NCBI GenBank assembly: GCA_030612885.1
Contig: JAUWMZ010000004.1
Coordinates: forward strand, 17,631-81,630
Direction: 5' to 3'
DNA length: 64,000 nt
DNA from: Candidatus Nealsonbacteria bacterium
GTDB taxonomy: Bacteria > Patescibacteriota > Minisyncoccia > Minisyncoccales > JAGMDC01
Within the stretch, counting starts at the first letter, position 1. Each line of letters begins with the position of its first letter. Below, in pieces: positions 17,077-26,342 of this stretch. The position numbers and the translations under genes were made by a program. The notes under the pieces are model-generated. The model worked only from the letters and a program-made list of their open reading frames with translations, was not told the origin of the DNA and did no database searches.

Positions 17077-18192
17077 ATGTGTATGAAAGATTTAAAAGAA
17101 AAAGTTGGACAATTGTTTATTTGTAGAACCCCGGATAATATTGGCCAAATCGAAATGTTTGTAAATGAAAATATTGGCGGATTTATAATTGGTAAGGGTG
17201 GTGAAATCGTTTCTAAAAGTCAATCTACATTAGAAGGGGATAACTTAGAATCGTTAAAACGATTTGTAAAATTATTGAATAGATTATCGCAGAAGAATAA
17301 AAAAATCCCTTTATTTTTGGCAATTGACGGAGAAGGAGGAAAATATTTTAACAGGCTAAAATCTATTTCTGATTATAAATCTCCACGTTTCTATGGAAAG
17401 AAATTTGAAAAAGATGGAAATCTGGAGTTTTTTAAAAGGGAGGTGAAAAAATTTGCAGAGTTAATGAATCAAATTGGATTTAATATAAATTTTGCACCAT
17501 TGGTTGATTGCGCAAAGAAAGGGTATAAGGGATATCTGGCAGAAGAAGGAGTATTTATTAAAAATAAAGACGATTTAATAAAATCTGAGGTTATAGCAGC
17601 AAACAGGTCTTACTCTGATAAAATGGAAACAGTAATCACATTGGGCTTGACTGCAATGCGAATTTTTCAAGAACACAACATTATACCAACATTGAAACAT
17701 TTTCCTTCGTACGGAACCTTAAAGAAGAATCAAAATCCGCATAGAGTTTTAGTAAAATTAAAATTATCTAAAAACGAAATTTTAGCGCAGATTGAGCCAT
17801 ATAAAAAAGCTTTTAAAAATAGGTGCTATGCAATAATGAAAGGACATGTGATAACTTGTCTGGATTGGAATGCACCTGCATCACTTTCAGTTAAAACTGA
17901 TAAATTTCTAAGAGATAAATTAAATTTTGATGGTCTGGCAGTCGTGGATGAGTTACATATGGGTGCGATAAAACAATATTATTCAAGAATGAACTGTGAA
18001 GAAATTCTTAAAAAATCTGCTGTTGATGCCTTAAAAGTTAATGATATTATTTTAACTAGTCATCCAGAAGATTTTATTGTTATGCGGGATGCAATTGTTA
18101 AAGAAGCAAATAAAAATGAAAAATTTTTAGAGAGAGTTAATAAAGTATACAATAAGATATTGTATTATAAAAAAATCATAAATCTGCTATAA
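17077..18192 (+). CDS. glycoside hydrolase family 3-like (NagZ-type) protein
   Basis: LAIDGEGG, NFAPLVD, LKHFPSYG parallel GH3 motifs iDqEGG / aPvlD / KHFPGHG. Confidence 0.6.
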   Translation: MCMKDLKEKVGQLFICRTPDNIGQIEMFVNENIGGFIIGKGGEIVSKSQSTLEGDNLESLKRFVKLLNRLSQKNKKIPLFLAIDGEGGKYFNRLKSISDYKSPRFYGKKFEKDGNLEFFKREVKKFAELMNQIGFNINFAPLVDCAKKGYKGYLAEEGVFIKNKDDLIKSEVIAANRSYSDKMETVITLGLTAMRIFQEHNIIPTLKHFPSYGTLKKNQNPHRVLVKLKLSKNEILAQIEPYKKAFKNRCYAIMKGHVITCLDWNAPASLSVKTDKFLRDKLNFDGLAVVDELHMGAIKQYYSRMNCEEILKKSAVDALKVNDIILTSHPEDFIVMRDAIVKEANKNEKFLERVNKVYNKILYYKKIINLL

Positions 18193-18214
18193 TGATAAAA
18201 AATAATCTAAAAAT

Positions 18215-19135
18215 ATGGCAAAAAAAATGATAATCTTAAAAAGATATATTAAAAACCCTATTCTTAAACCGATAAAAACCCATCATTGGGAAAAATACGT
18301 CTACAACTGCGCTGCAATAATCTTGGATAATAAAGTTCATATAGTTTATAGGGCTTTAGGTAGGGATAGAATATCAAGGTTTGGTTATGCATCAAGTAAA
18401 GATGGTTTTAATATTGATGAAAGGTTAGAGAAACCAATTTTTATCCCAGAGTTAGAATCTGAAAAACCAATGGTAAAGTTCAATAATTCTGGCACTGAGG
18501 ACCCCAGATTAACAAGGATTGGCAACAGAATTTACATGCTTTATGCTGGTGTAAATGGCAGAACAGCCCAATCATCTATAGCTTCAATTGAAGTTGAAGA
18601 TTTTTTACAAAAGAAATGGAAATGGAAAAGGCATGGGGTTCTTTTTCCATATATTGATGATAGAAATGCTGGTTTATTTCCAGAAAAGATAAATGGTAAA
18701 TATGTCCTTTATACAAGGTTTATGCCAAATATTTGGGTGAGTTATTCAAGAGATTTGAAAAACTGGTCAAGACCAAAAATAATAATGAAACCAAGAAAAG
18801 GGATGTGGGATGAGTACAAGATTGGTATAGCCGGACCTCCCATAAAATTGAATAATTCTTGGCTATTGATTTATCATGGAGTTGAACAAAAGCAAGTTGG
18901 AAGAATTTATAGATTAGGATTTGCTTTAATAGATCTTAAAAACCCGGAAAAAATTTTATATAGATGTGAAAAACCAATTTTTGAACCAGTCAAGGATTAT
19001 GAATTAAAAGGACAAGTTCCAAATGTAGTTTTTTCATGCGCTGCTGTTGTAAAAGAAAAGACACTTTTTGTTTATTATGGCGGCGCCGACACTGTAATAG
19101 GGGTAGCTACTGCAGACATTTCTAAACTTCTTTGA
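18215..19135 (+). CDS. GH130-family glycosidase/phosphorylase
   Basis: 5-bladed-propeller-type pattern YNCAAI..., GTEDPRLTRIGNRIYMLY, DDRNAGLFPEKINGKYVLYTR. Confidence 0.65.
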   Translation: MAKKMIILKRYIKNPILKPIKTHHWEKYVYNCAAIILDNKVHIVYRALGRDRISRFGYASSKDGFNIDERLEKPIFIPELESEKPMVKFNNSGTEDPRLTRIGNRIYMLYAGVNGRTAQSSIASIEVEDFLQKKWKWKRHGVLFPYIDDRNAGLFPEKINGKYVLYTRFMPNIWVSYSRDLKNWSRPKIIMKPRKGMWDEYKIGIAGPPIKLNNSWLLIYHGVEQKQVGRIYRLGFALIDLKNPEKILYRCEKPIFEPVKDYELKGQVPNVVFSCAAVVKEKTLFVYYGGADTVIGVATADISKLL

Positions 19136-19149
19136 AAAGAAAAAAAATG

Positions 19150-19175
19150 CGGGAATTGATTTCCCGTTTTTTTTT
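19150..19175. terminator. bidirectional intrinsic terminator
   Basis: cgggaa-ttgat-ttcccg flanked by an A-run upstream and a T-run downstream. Confidence 0.7.
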
Positions 19176-19181
19176 ATTTTG

Positions 19182-19265
19182 TGCCGGGGGTGGGAGTTGA
19201 ACCCACAAGCTCTTGCGAGCAATGGATTTTGAATCCATCGTGTTTACCAATTTCACCACCTCGGC
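19182..19265 (-). tRNA. tRNA-Leu (anticodon CAA)
   Basis: Reverse complement GCCGAGGTGGTGAAATTGGTAAACACGATGGATTCAAAATCCAT..., anticodon loop TTCAAAA, long variable arm GCTC-GCAA-GAGC, T-arm GTGGGTTCAACTCCCAC; one A-C mismatch in acceptor stem. Confidence 0.8.
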
Positions 19266-19329
19266 TTAATTTAACTTTATCAAAAATTTCCCTTTTGTCA
19301 ATTTTGGAATTTTATGCTATATTTTAATA

Positions 19330-20100
19330 ATGGCGCGAATTATAAGTATTTTAAATGCCAAAGGCGGAACCGGGAAAACAACTACCGGAGTCAATCTCCC
19401 AGTTTTTTTGGCGGCGATGGGAAAGAGAGTTTTATTAGTTGATTTTGATCCTCAAGCCAACGCCACTTTTTCTTTAGGGATTGACCCGAGAAAATTACCT
19501 CTTTCTATTTATAATGTTTTGATGGATCAAATTACTCCTTCGGCAATTATCAGGAAGACCTCCTTTTTTGGATATGATATTATGCCGGCTTCTCCGGATC
19601 TGGCCGGAGCTACCGTAGAATTGATAGAAGCGAAAAACCGGGAATTCAAATTAGCTCAAATTTTAAAAAAAGTTGAAGAACCATACGATTTTATCATTAT
19701 TGATTCTCCGCCCAGCTTGGGAATTCTAACCCTTAATACATTAGTCGGCTCCAAGGAGGTTTTAATCCCGGTTCAATGCGAATATCTGGCTCTGGAAGGA
19801 TTAGGACAACTTTTAGATACAATTGCCTTAGTGAAAAATAATCTTGGTCAGGATTTAAAAATTACCGGCGCTTTGTTAACAATGTATAATAGAAAAAATC
19901 GTATTTCCAGAGATGTAGCCAAAGAGGTAAGAAGGAATTTTCCCGGCTATGTCTTTAACAGTATTATTCCCAGAAGCGTGGCTTTGGCTGAAGCGCCCAA
20001 ATACGGCCAGACCATTTTACAATACGCTCCGGTTTCCCAAGCGGCAAAGGCATATAGAGAATTAGCCGAGGAACTAATTAATAAAAACAACAAATTATGA
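19330..20100 (+). CDS. parA: chromosome partitioning ATPase ParA/Soj
   Basis: Deviant Walker A NAKGGTGKTTT; DFDPQANAT; IIDSPPSLG. Confidence 0.92.
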   Translation: MARIISILNAKGGTGKTTTGVNLPVFLAAMGKRVLLVDFDPQANATFSLGIDPRKLPLSIYNVLMDQITPSAIIRKTSFFGYDIMPASPDLAGATVELIEAKNREFKLAQILKKVEEPYDFIIIDSPPSLGILTLNTLVGSKEVLIPVQCEYLALEGLGQLLDTIALVKNNLGQDLKITGALLTMYNRKNRISRDVAKEVRRNFPGYVFNSIIPRSVALAEAPKYGQTILQYAPVSQAAKAYRELAEELINKNNKL

Positions 20101-20993
20101 AACAATCTTTTGGTAAAGGCATAGAATCTTTGATTCCTAAGAAAAAACAAAAAAGCATTGAAAAAGCTGTTAGTAAAAAAGAAGCAGTTTTTTCTATTGA
20201 GATTGAAAAGATAAAATCTAATCCTTATCAGCCAAGAAAAGAATTTAATATGGAGGCCTTAAATTCCTTAGCCGAATCAATCAGGGAGTACGGGATTTTA
20301 CAACCATTAATTGTGACTAAAGTTGAAATAACTAATCCAAATGGTAGAGGTATCAGGACTGAATATCAATTAATTGCCGGTGAAAGGCGGTTAATGGCGT
20401 CAAAGATAGCCGGTTTTAAAGAGGTGCCGGTAATTATAAGAAAACCCACAGATAAGGAAAAGTTAGAGATGTCTTTGATTGAAAATGTACAACGTTTTGA
20501 TTTAAATCCAATAGAAAAAGCCGAAGCATTTAATTATTTACATAAGAAATTTGGTATGACCCATGAAAAAATTAGTGGACTTGCAGGAATAGGCAGGGTA
20601 GCAGTAACTAATCATATCCGACTTTTGGATCTCTCTGAAGAGATAAAAGAAGCGGTTAGAGCAGAAAAAATCAATGAAGGCCAAGCCAGAGCGATTTTAC
20701 TTACTAAAGGACCAAAAAAACAAAAAGCCGTTTTTCAGAAGATATTAAAAGACGGCTTAAATGTTAGAGAATCAGAATATTTTGCTCAAAAACTTAATAT
20801 CTGGAAGCCGATGAAGAATAATTTAAAAATAGGAATTTCTGATGAGATAATAAATTTCGAAATGCAATTCAAGGAAATTTTTGGAGTAACCGCTAAAACT
20901 GTTCGACTGGTCTTGGAAAAAGGCAGACCCAAGTTAACAGTGTTTTTTGATTCTAAGGGTCAGATTAAAAAAATATTAGAAAAATTGAAGTAA
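20097..20993 (+). CDS. parB: chromosome partitioning protein ParB/Spo0J
   Basis: NPYQPRKEF, GILQPLIV, IAGERRLMASK ParB box, HTH region. Confidence 0.9.
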   Translation: MKQSFGKGIESLIPKKKQKSIEKAVSKKEAVFSIEIEKIKSNPYQPRKEFNMEALNSLAESIREYGILQPLIVTKVEITNPNGRGIRTEYQLIAGERRLMASKIAGFKEVPVIIRKPTDKEKLEMSLIENVQRFDLNPIEKAEAFNYLHKKFGMTHEKISGLAGIGRVAVTNHIRLLDLSEEIKEAVRAEKINEGQARAILLTKGPKKQKAVFQKILKDGLNVRESEYFAQKLNIWKPMKNNLKIGISDEIINFEMQFKEIFGVTAKTVRLVLEKGRPKLTVFFDSKGQIKKILEKLK

Positions 20994-21002
20994 AACAAAG
21001 AA

Positions 21003-22754
21003 TCAATCCCAAGTGGCTTTAATAATTTTTTGAGGCCATTTTTCTTTTAATCTTTTTAAATTAGAACAATCAATCTTATGAATAGTGGCTCCTTTGCTTT
21101 TGGTGACATAGCCAATAATTTTATCTCCGGGTTGAGGCAAACAGCATTTCGCTATATTCGTTAACATTCCTTTTTCTCCAGCCAAAGAAACAGATCCTTT
21201 TTTTAATGCTTTTTCTTCTTTTAGTTTCTTTTCTTTCTTAACTGGTATAGGTATAAAAGAGAGAATTTTGGGCAAACTAACCTTTTTCTCTGTTTGTTCT
21301 GTTGGACTGAACCATTTTTTAATTCTAATTTTGGCTAAACTAGTTTTGACAAAATCCAGCCAATCTCTGGAAGGAGTTCTTTTTTTATTGGTGATAATTT
21401 CCACCAAATCACCGCTGTTTAGTTCTTGATTAAGACGGGCTATTTTTCCATTAACTTTTGCTTCTTGGCAATGATTTCCTACTTCTGTATGAATAGCATA
21501 AGCGAAGTCTACTGGGCAGGCATTTTTCGGCAAATCAATAATATCGCCTTTTGGAGTAAAAACAAAAACTCTCTGGCCAAAAAAATCAATTTTCAAGGAC
21601 TCCAAATATCTATCTGGAGAAAATTTCTTGGTTTCTTCCTGCCATTCTCTTAGTTGCTTTAACCAGTAAAGATTGCGTTCCGGTGGCTTACTGACCAATC
21701 TTTTAATATAAGTTTTAAGTCCTTTTTGCTCTGAATAATACCAATGGGCAGCAATACCAAATTCTGCTTCTTTATGCATTTGAGGTGTTCTGATTTGAAT
21801 TTCAATAATTTTATTATCCATACAGGAAATACTAGTATGCAGGGAGCGGTAGCCATTTGGTTTTGGTCGGGCGATATAATCTTTGGTTCGTCCAGGCAAA
21901 GGTTTCCAAATTTTATGAATAATTCCTAATGTTTTATAACAGTCTTCTACGTTTTTAACGATTATTCTTAAAGCAACTAAATCATAAATTTTGTCTAAGT
22001 CATCATTATATCTTTTGAGTTTTTGATAAAGAGAATAATAGTGCTTTGCCCGAGAGTCAATTTGTATAGGTTTAATTTCTTCTTTTTTTAATTCTTGTTT
22101 AATAATAGGAACAAGTTTCTTTAAATAATTTTCTCGTTTTTTATATTTATCTTTAACTTTTGGTAAGAGTTTTTTGTATTCATCTGGGAAAGCGTATGGG
22201 AAAGCAAAATCTTCTAATCTACCTTTAATCTCTCCAATACCCAAGCGGTAGGCAAGAGGAGCATAGATTTCAATTGTTTCTAAGGCAATTCTTTTCGCCT
22301 TATCAGGTCTTAAATAATTTAAACTTTTTAAATTGTGAAGGCGGTCGCACAATTTAATAAAAATTACCCGCACATCCTCTGCCATGGCTAAAAACAGCTT
22401 TCTGAAATTTTCTGCTTGTCTTTCAACACCGTGATATTTAATTTTCCCTAATTTACTAACGCCTTCTACCAAAAGAGCAATTTCTTTGCCAAATTCTTTT
22501 TTAATTTCTTCATCAGTAACAGCAGTATCATCTGGAACGTCATGAAGCAAGCCGGCAGCTATTGTAGTTGGGCACAGCTTTGCTTTTTTCAAACAAATAG
22601 CAGTACGTAAAGGATGAATAATAAAATCATCTCCGGATGCCCTTTTTTGATTTCTATGGGCTTTCTCGGCAAATTGGTATGCCTTTTTAATCAATTTAGG
22701 ATCTTTGCTGTCTTTTATAAGCTCTTGAAATAATCTTTGTTTTTTATTTGACAT
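21003..22754 (-). CDS. rel: bifunctional (p)ppGpp synthetase/hydrolase (RelA/SpoT homolog)
   Basis: HD domain HPLRTA...LLHDVPDDT, synthetase YRSLHTSI...EIQIRT, TGS-like region. Confidence 0.9.
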   Translation of the reverse strand: MSNKKQRLFQELIKDSKDPKLIKKAYQFAEKAHRNQKRASGDDFIIHPLRTAICLKKAKLCPTTIAAGLLHDVPDDTAVTDEEIKKEFGKEIALLVEGVSKLGKIKYHGVERQAENFRKLFLAMAEDVRVIFIKLCDRLHNLKSLNYLRPDKAKRIALETIEIYAPLAYRLGIGEIKGRLEDFAFPYAFPDEYKKLLPKVKDKYKKRENYLKKLVPIIKQELKKEEIKPIQIDSRAKHYYSLYQKLKRYNDDLDKIYDLVALRIIVKNVEDCYKTLGIIHKIWKPLPGRTKDYIARPKPNGYRSLHTSISCMDNKIIEIQIRTPQMHKEAEFGIAAHWYYSEQKGLKTYIKRLVSKPPERNLYWLKQLREWQEETKKFSPDRYLESLKIDFFGQRVFVFTPKGDIIDLPKNACPVDFAYAIHTEVGNHCQEAKVNGKIARLNQELNSGDLVEIITNKKRTPSRDWLDFVKTSLAKIRIKKWFSPTEQTEKKVSLPKILSFIPIPVKKEKKLKEEKALKKGSVSLAGEKGMLTNIAKCCLPQPGDKIIGYVTKSKGATIHKIDCSNLKRLKEKWPQKIIKATWD

Positions 22755-22883
22755 AAAGTTAATAATGTATCATAGCTTAAAAAATGGGTTTTAGCAAGCA
22801 GAATAAACTTGAAATTAAATTGAGATATTATACAATTAAAATAGAAAGGTCGTTAAATTGTAATCCATAATTTTTTTAAAACA

Positions 22884-23285
22884 ATGGCAAAAATTCTTAT
22901 AACTTCAAATGGTTCTGATTTAAATTCTTCGGTTTCACCGGTTTTTGGGAGATGTTCTTATTTTTTGATAATTGATGAAAAAGGAAAGCTAGAAAAAGCC
23001 ATACCAAATACTGGCGTTCAGGCAATAAGAGGCGCAGGCATTGCTGCTGCTCAGACAGTAGTAAGCCAAGGAGCAACAGTAGTTATTACCGGGAATGTCG
23101 GACCTAATGCTTTTGCGGTTTTACAACAATCAGGAGTCAAACTCTATAATGGGGTAGGAATGACTGTCAAAGAAGCATTGGATAAATTTAAAGATAATGA
23201 GTTAACAGAGATTATTACATCAGCTGGCCGTTTTGGCGGTAGAGGAATGGGCGGCGGTATGGGCGGCGGAAGAAGACAGGTTTAA
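22884..23285 (+). CDS. NifX/NifB-C-terminal-like (dinitrogenase FeMo-cofactor-binding family) protein with Gly-rich tail
   Basis: ...VSPVFGRCSYFLIID..., GATVVITGNVGPNAFAVLQQSGVKLY typical of the family; tail GRFGGRGMGGGMGGGRRQV. Confidence 0.7.
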   Translation: MAKILITSNGSDLNSSVSPVFGRCSYFLIIDEKGKLEKAIPNTGVQAIRGAGIAAAQTVVSQGATVVITGNVGPNAFAVLQQSGVKLYNGVGMTVKEALDKFKDNELTEIITSAGRFGGRGMGGGMGGGRRQV

Positions 23286-23308
23286 AATAATTTTAATTTT
23301 AAACTCCT

Positions 23309-24124
23309 ATGAAAAAAATTGCCATCACTGGAGGTAAAGGCGGCACAGGTAAATCAACTGTTGCCGTTTTGTTGACTAATAAATTTTCAAAAAAAGGGAA
23401 AAAAGTAATTCTTTGCGATTGTGATGTGGAGTGTCCTAATGACTATTTGCTAATTGGTCAGAAATTAAAAAAACCAGTTAAAAAAATATTTGCTGAATTT
23501 CCCGAGTTAAATAAAAAGAAATGTCAGAAATGCGGACTTTGTGCCAAGACCTGCCAAAGTAATGCTATTTTTTTAGCACCAGGAAAATATCCGGTATTTA
23601 TTAAAGATTTATGTTCTGCCTGCGGCGCTTGTTGGGCTGTTTGTCCTTATAAAGCCATTAAAGCCAAGAAAGAAGAAGTTGGAAAAATATATTTGCATAA
23701 AATTAAAAGTAGCCTTTACTTAATTACCGGTGTTGCCAAAGCAGGGTTGGAGGAAACAGGGCCGGTTGTTACCCAGCTTAAAGAATTTGCTTTAAATTTC
23801 GCCAAGACAATAAAAGCAGATTATGTTTTATTTGATACTGCGGCTGGTATCCATTGTCCGGTCATCAGCGCTTTATTTGGTTGTGATTTCGCTTATGCTG
23901 TTACAGAACCAACGCCAATGGGCGCTTATGATTTAAATTTAATTTTGGACTTGTGTAAGAAACTTAAAATACCAACTAAAGTAATTATAAATCAAGCAGA
24001 TTTAGGAGATAAAAAGGAAATTAAAAAAATTGCCAGAAAATTTGAAACAAAAATAGTAAAAGAAATTCCTTATTCAAAAAAAATAGTTGATGCCTATTCT
24101 CAGGGCAGATTAAATAAATTATGA
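23309..24124 (+). CDS. MinD/Mrp-superfamily P-loop ATPase with inserted 2x[4Fe-4S] ferredoxin domain
   Basis: GGKGGTGKST Walker A, CDCDVECPN, CQKCGLCAKTC and CSACGACWAVCP cluster motifs. Confidence 0.8.
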   Translation: MKKIAITGGKGGTGKSTVAVLLTNKFSKKGKKVILCDCDVECPNDYLLIGQKLKKPVKKIFAEFPELNKKKCQKCGLCAKTCQSNAIFLAPGKYPVFIKDLCSACGACWAVCPYKAIKAKKEEVGKIYLHKIKSSLYLITGVAKAGLEETGPVVTQLKEFALNFAKTIKADYVLFDTAAGIHCPVISALFGCDFAYAVTEPTPMGAYDLNLILDLCKKLKIPTKVIINQADLGDKKEIKKIARKFETKIVKEIPYSKKIVDAYSQGRLNKL

Positions 24125-24987
24125 AATTTCAATTAGTTGTTACTTCAGGAAAAGGCGGGGTAGGGAAATCAATGCTGTGTTCTGCTTTAGCTATGCTTTT
24201 TAGTAAAAGGAAAAAAGTAGTGGCTGTTGATTGTGATGTTGACGCGCCGAATTTAGCAATATGGCTTAATGAAACAAGGAATTGGCAGAAAATTAAGAAA
24301 ATTTCTACTTCAGCCAAAGCAAAGATTGATTATAAGAAATGTAATGGGTGTGGACTATGCGCAGAACACTGCCGATTTAATGCTATAAAGATGGAAAAAG
24401 GCAAGCCAGTAATAAATCCTTTTTTATGTGAGGGTTGCGCTGCTTGTGAAGTTTTATGTCCTCAAAAAGCCATTAGCTTAAAACCAGTGAAAAATGGTGA
24501 AATAAAAGTTAAAAGAACAAAGTACGGTTTTTTCTTGGTTTCCGGCCAGCTTCTTCCTGGTGAAACCGGTTCTGGAAAAGTAGTAACTGAGATTAAAAAA
24601 GAAGGAGAGAGATTTAAATATGATATAATGATTATAGATTCAGCTCCAGGCACTGGCTGTCCGGTAATTGCTTCTCTGCAAGGTGCTGCCTTTGTTGTTT
24701 TAATCACTGAACCAACTCCTTCCGGGTTTTCTGACCTAAATCGGGTCTTAGAGGTAGTAAATCATTTTAATATGCCTTATAATATAGTAATAAACAAATG
24801 GGATATTAATCCTGATTTAAGCAAGAGAATTGAAAAATGGGCTGGCCCAAGATTTCTGGGCAAGATTTCTTATGACAAAAATATATTTAAAGCTATTTCT
24901 AATTTAACTCCAATTTTAGAAACAAATCTAAAAGCGAAAAAAGAGATTGAAGAGATTTATGGAAAACTACTTAAAAAATTGAATTAG
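24121..24987 (+). CDS. MinD/Mrp-superfamily P-loop ATPase with inserted 2x[4Fe-4S] ferredoxin domain (paralog)
   Basis: SGKGGVGKSM, VDCDVDAPN, CNGCGLCAEHC and CEGCAACEVLCP; ATGA overlap with upstream paralog. Confidence 0.8.
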   Translation: MKFQLVVTSGKGGVGKSMLCSALAMLFSKRKKVVAVDCDVDAPNLAIWLNETRNWQKIKKISTSAKAKIDYKKCNGCGLCAEHCRFNAIKMEKGKPVINPFLCEGCAACEVLCPQKAISLKPVKNGEIKVKRTKYGFFLVSGQLLPGETGSGKVVTEIKKEGERFKYDIMIIDSAPGTGCPVIASLQGAAFVVLITEPTPSGFSDLNRVLEVVNHFNMPYNIVINKWDINPDLSKRIEKWAGPRFLGKISYDKNIFKAISNLTPILETNLKAKKEIEEIYGKLLKKLN

Positions 24988-25126
24988 CCCCTTGACTATG
25001 TATTTTAGTTAATTTAAACTTAAATATAGAGAAATTACCCCCATAAATAAAAAGGAACAGAAAAACAATGGGGAAAAGGTCGAAGAAATCAAAAATATAA
25101 TTATTAATTTTAATATAATTTTAATT

Positions 25127-25294
25127 ATGGCTGAAAAAATTACTGCTTATTGTGTAAAATGTAAAGCAAAAAGAGAAATGAATGATCCGAAAGAAGTTAC
25201 TATGAAAGGAAAAGGAGGAACTAAAAGAAGGGCTATGACTGGAACTTGTCCAAAATGTGGGACAAAGATGTTTAGAATAATGGGAAATAAGTAA
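25127..25294 (+). CDS. small zinc-ribbon protein (55 aa; below the ORF-track size cut-off)
   Basis: Manual translation MAEKITAYCVKCKAKREMNDPKEVTMKGKGGTKRRAMTGTCPKCGTKMFRIMGNK; CxxC...CxxC; the opposing 25147-25377 ORF is spurious. Confidence 0.65.
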   Translation: MAEKITAYCVKCKAKREMNDPKEVTMKGKGGTKRRAMTGTCPKCGTKMFRIMGNK

Positions 25295-25354
25295 GAACCT
25301 GCTTTGCAGAACCTTGATTCCTCCGGAATTAAGAACCTGCTTTGCAGAACCTTG
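25293..25354. repeat. two direct copies of a 24-nt unit aagaacctgctttgcagaaccttg
   Basis: Copies at 25293-25316 and 25331-25354, separated by the small hairpin attcc-tcc-ggaat; a related inverted copy lies at 50437-50466. Confidence 0.8.
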
Positions 25355-25404
25355 TTTTCTTGCGAAAATAAAAGCAAGAATTTTGGAATATTCTAGAATT
25401 TTTT

Positions 25405-25435
25405 AGCCCAATGCCGCTGGAAGCGGCATTGGGCT
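25405..25435. terminator. perfect 14-bp GC-rich hairpin (terminator-like)
   Basis: agcccaatgccgct-gga-agcggcattgggct, downstream of the zinc-ribbon gene. Confidence 0.5.
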
Positions 25436-25463
25436 ATTATTTAATTTGGGTTATCATTAAATA

Positions 25464-26342
25464 ATGAAAAGGTCTAAAAGTTTTGTTTCAGTAATATTGG
25501 GGCTGTTATTTTTAGCAAATATTTTAGCTTATTCATTGGTCTATGATTTAAACAACGCCCGATTACTTGAGGTTACCTTTTTTGATATAGGCCAAGGCGA
25601 TAGTATTTTTATTGAAACACCAGAAGGGCATCAAATTTTAATTGATGGAGGCCCGTCCTCAGCTGTTCTGGAAAAGTTAGCAGAAGAAATGCCTTTTTGG
25701 GACAGAACTATTGATTTAATAATTCTTACTCATCCAGAACATGACCACATAGCCGGCTTGCTCGAGGTTCTGCAGAGATATAAAGTAGAGCAGATTCTAT
25801 GGACCGGCATTAAACGGAATACAGCCGAATATAGAAAGTGGCAGGAGTTAATTAAGAAAGAAGAGGCAGAGGGAGCAAAAATATTTATAGCCCAGTCCGA
25901 TCAAAGAATATTAACGAGAAATGTTCTCGTTAATATTTTATATCCATTTGATAGTTTGGAGGGCCAGGAAGTTAAAAACACCAATAACAGCTCTATCATT
26001 ACTCGTTTAGTTTTTGGAAAAAAATCTTTTATATTTACTGGCGATGCTTACAAATCAATAGAAAGAGAATTAATAGAAAAAGACATTACTTTAAATTCAG
26101 ATGTTTTAAAAGTTGGGCATCATGGAAGCAAGACCTCGTCTTCTGAAGAATTTATACAAGCAGTGAGTCCGGAAATTGCTGTTATCCAATGCGGGAAAGA
26201 TAATCCCTACGGCCATCCTTATCCAGAGACATTGGCAACCCTTGAAAAATTTGGTATAAAGATTTTAAGAACAGATCAAAATGGAGATATTAAAATTGTT
26301 TCTGATGGAAAAAAATATGACATTTCCGATTTTCAAAACTAA
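25464..26342 (+). CDS. ComEC/Rec2-related metallo-beta-lactamase-fold protein
   Basis: N-terminal TM helix; FFDIGQGDSIFIE, THPEHDHIAGL, VGHHGSKTSS. Confidence 0.8.
   Translation: MKRSKSFVSVILGLLFLANILAYSLVYDLNNARLLEVTFFDIGQGDSIFIETPEGHQILIDGGPSSAVLEKLAEEMPFWDRTIDLIILTHPEHDHIAGLLEVLQRYKVEQILWTGIKRNTAEYRKWQELIKKEEAEGAKIFIAQSDQRILTRNVLVNILYPFDSLEGQEVKNTNNSSIITRLVFGKKSFIFTGDAYKSIERELIEKDITLNSDVLKVGHHGSKTSSSEEFIQAVSPEIAVIQCGKDNPYGHPYPETLATLEKFGIKILRTDQNGDIKIVSDGKKYDISDFQN

Noticed and set aside
25147-25377. 76-aa minus-strand ORF listed in the ORF track
   Set aside because: It is antisense to a better-supported 55-aa zinc-ribbon gene (25127-25294, plus strand) and then runs through the 24-nt direct repeats. 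The composition is repeat-driven.
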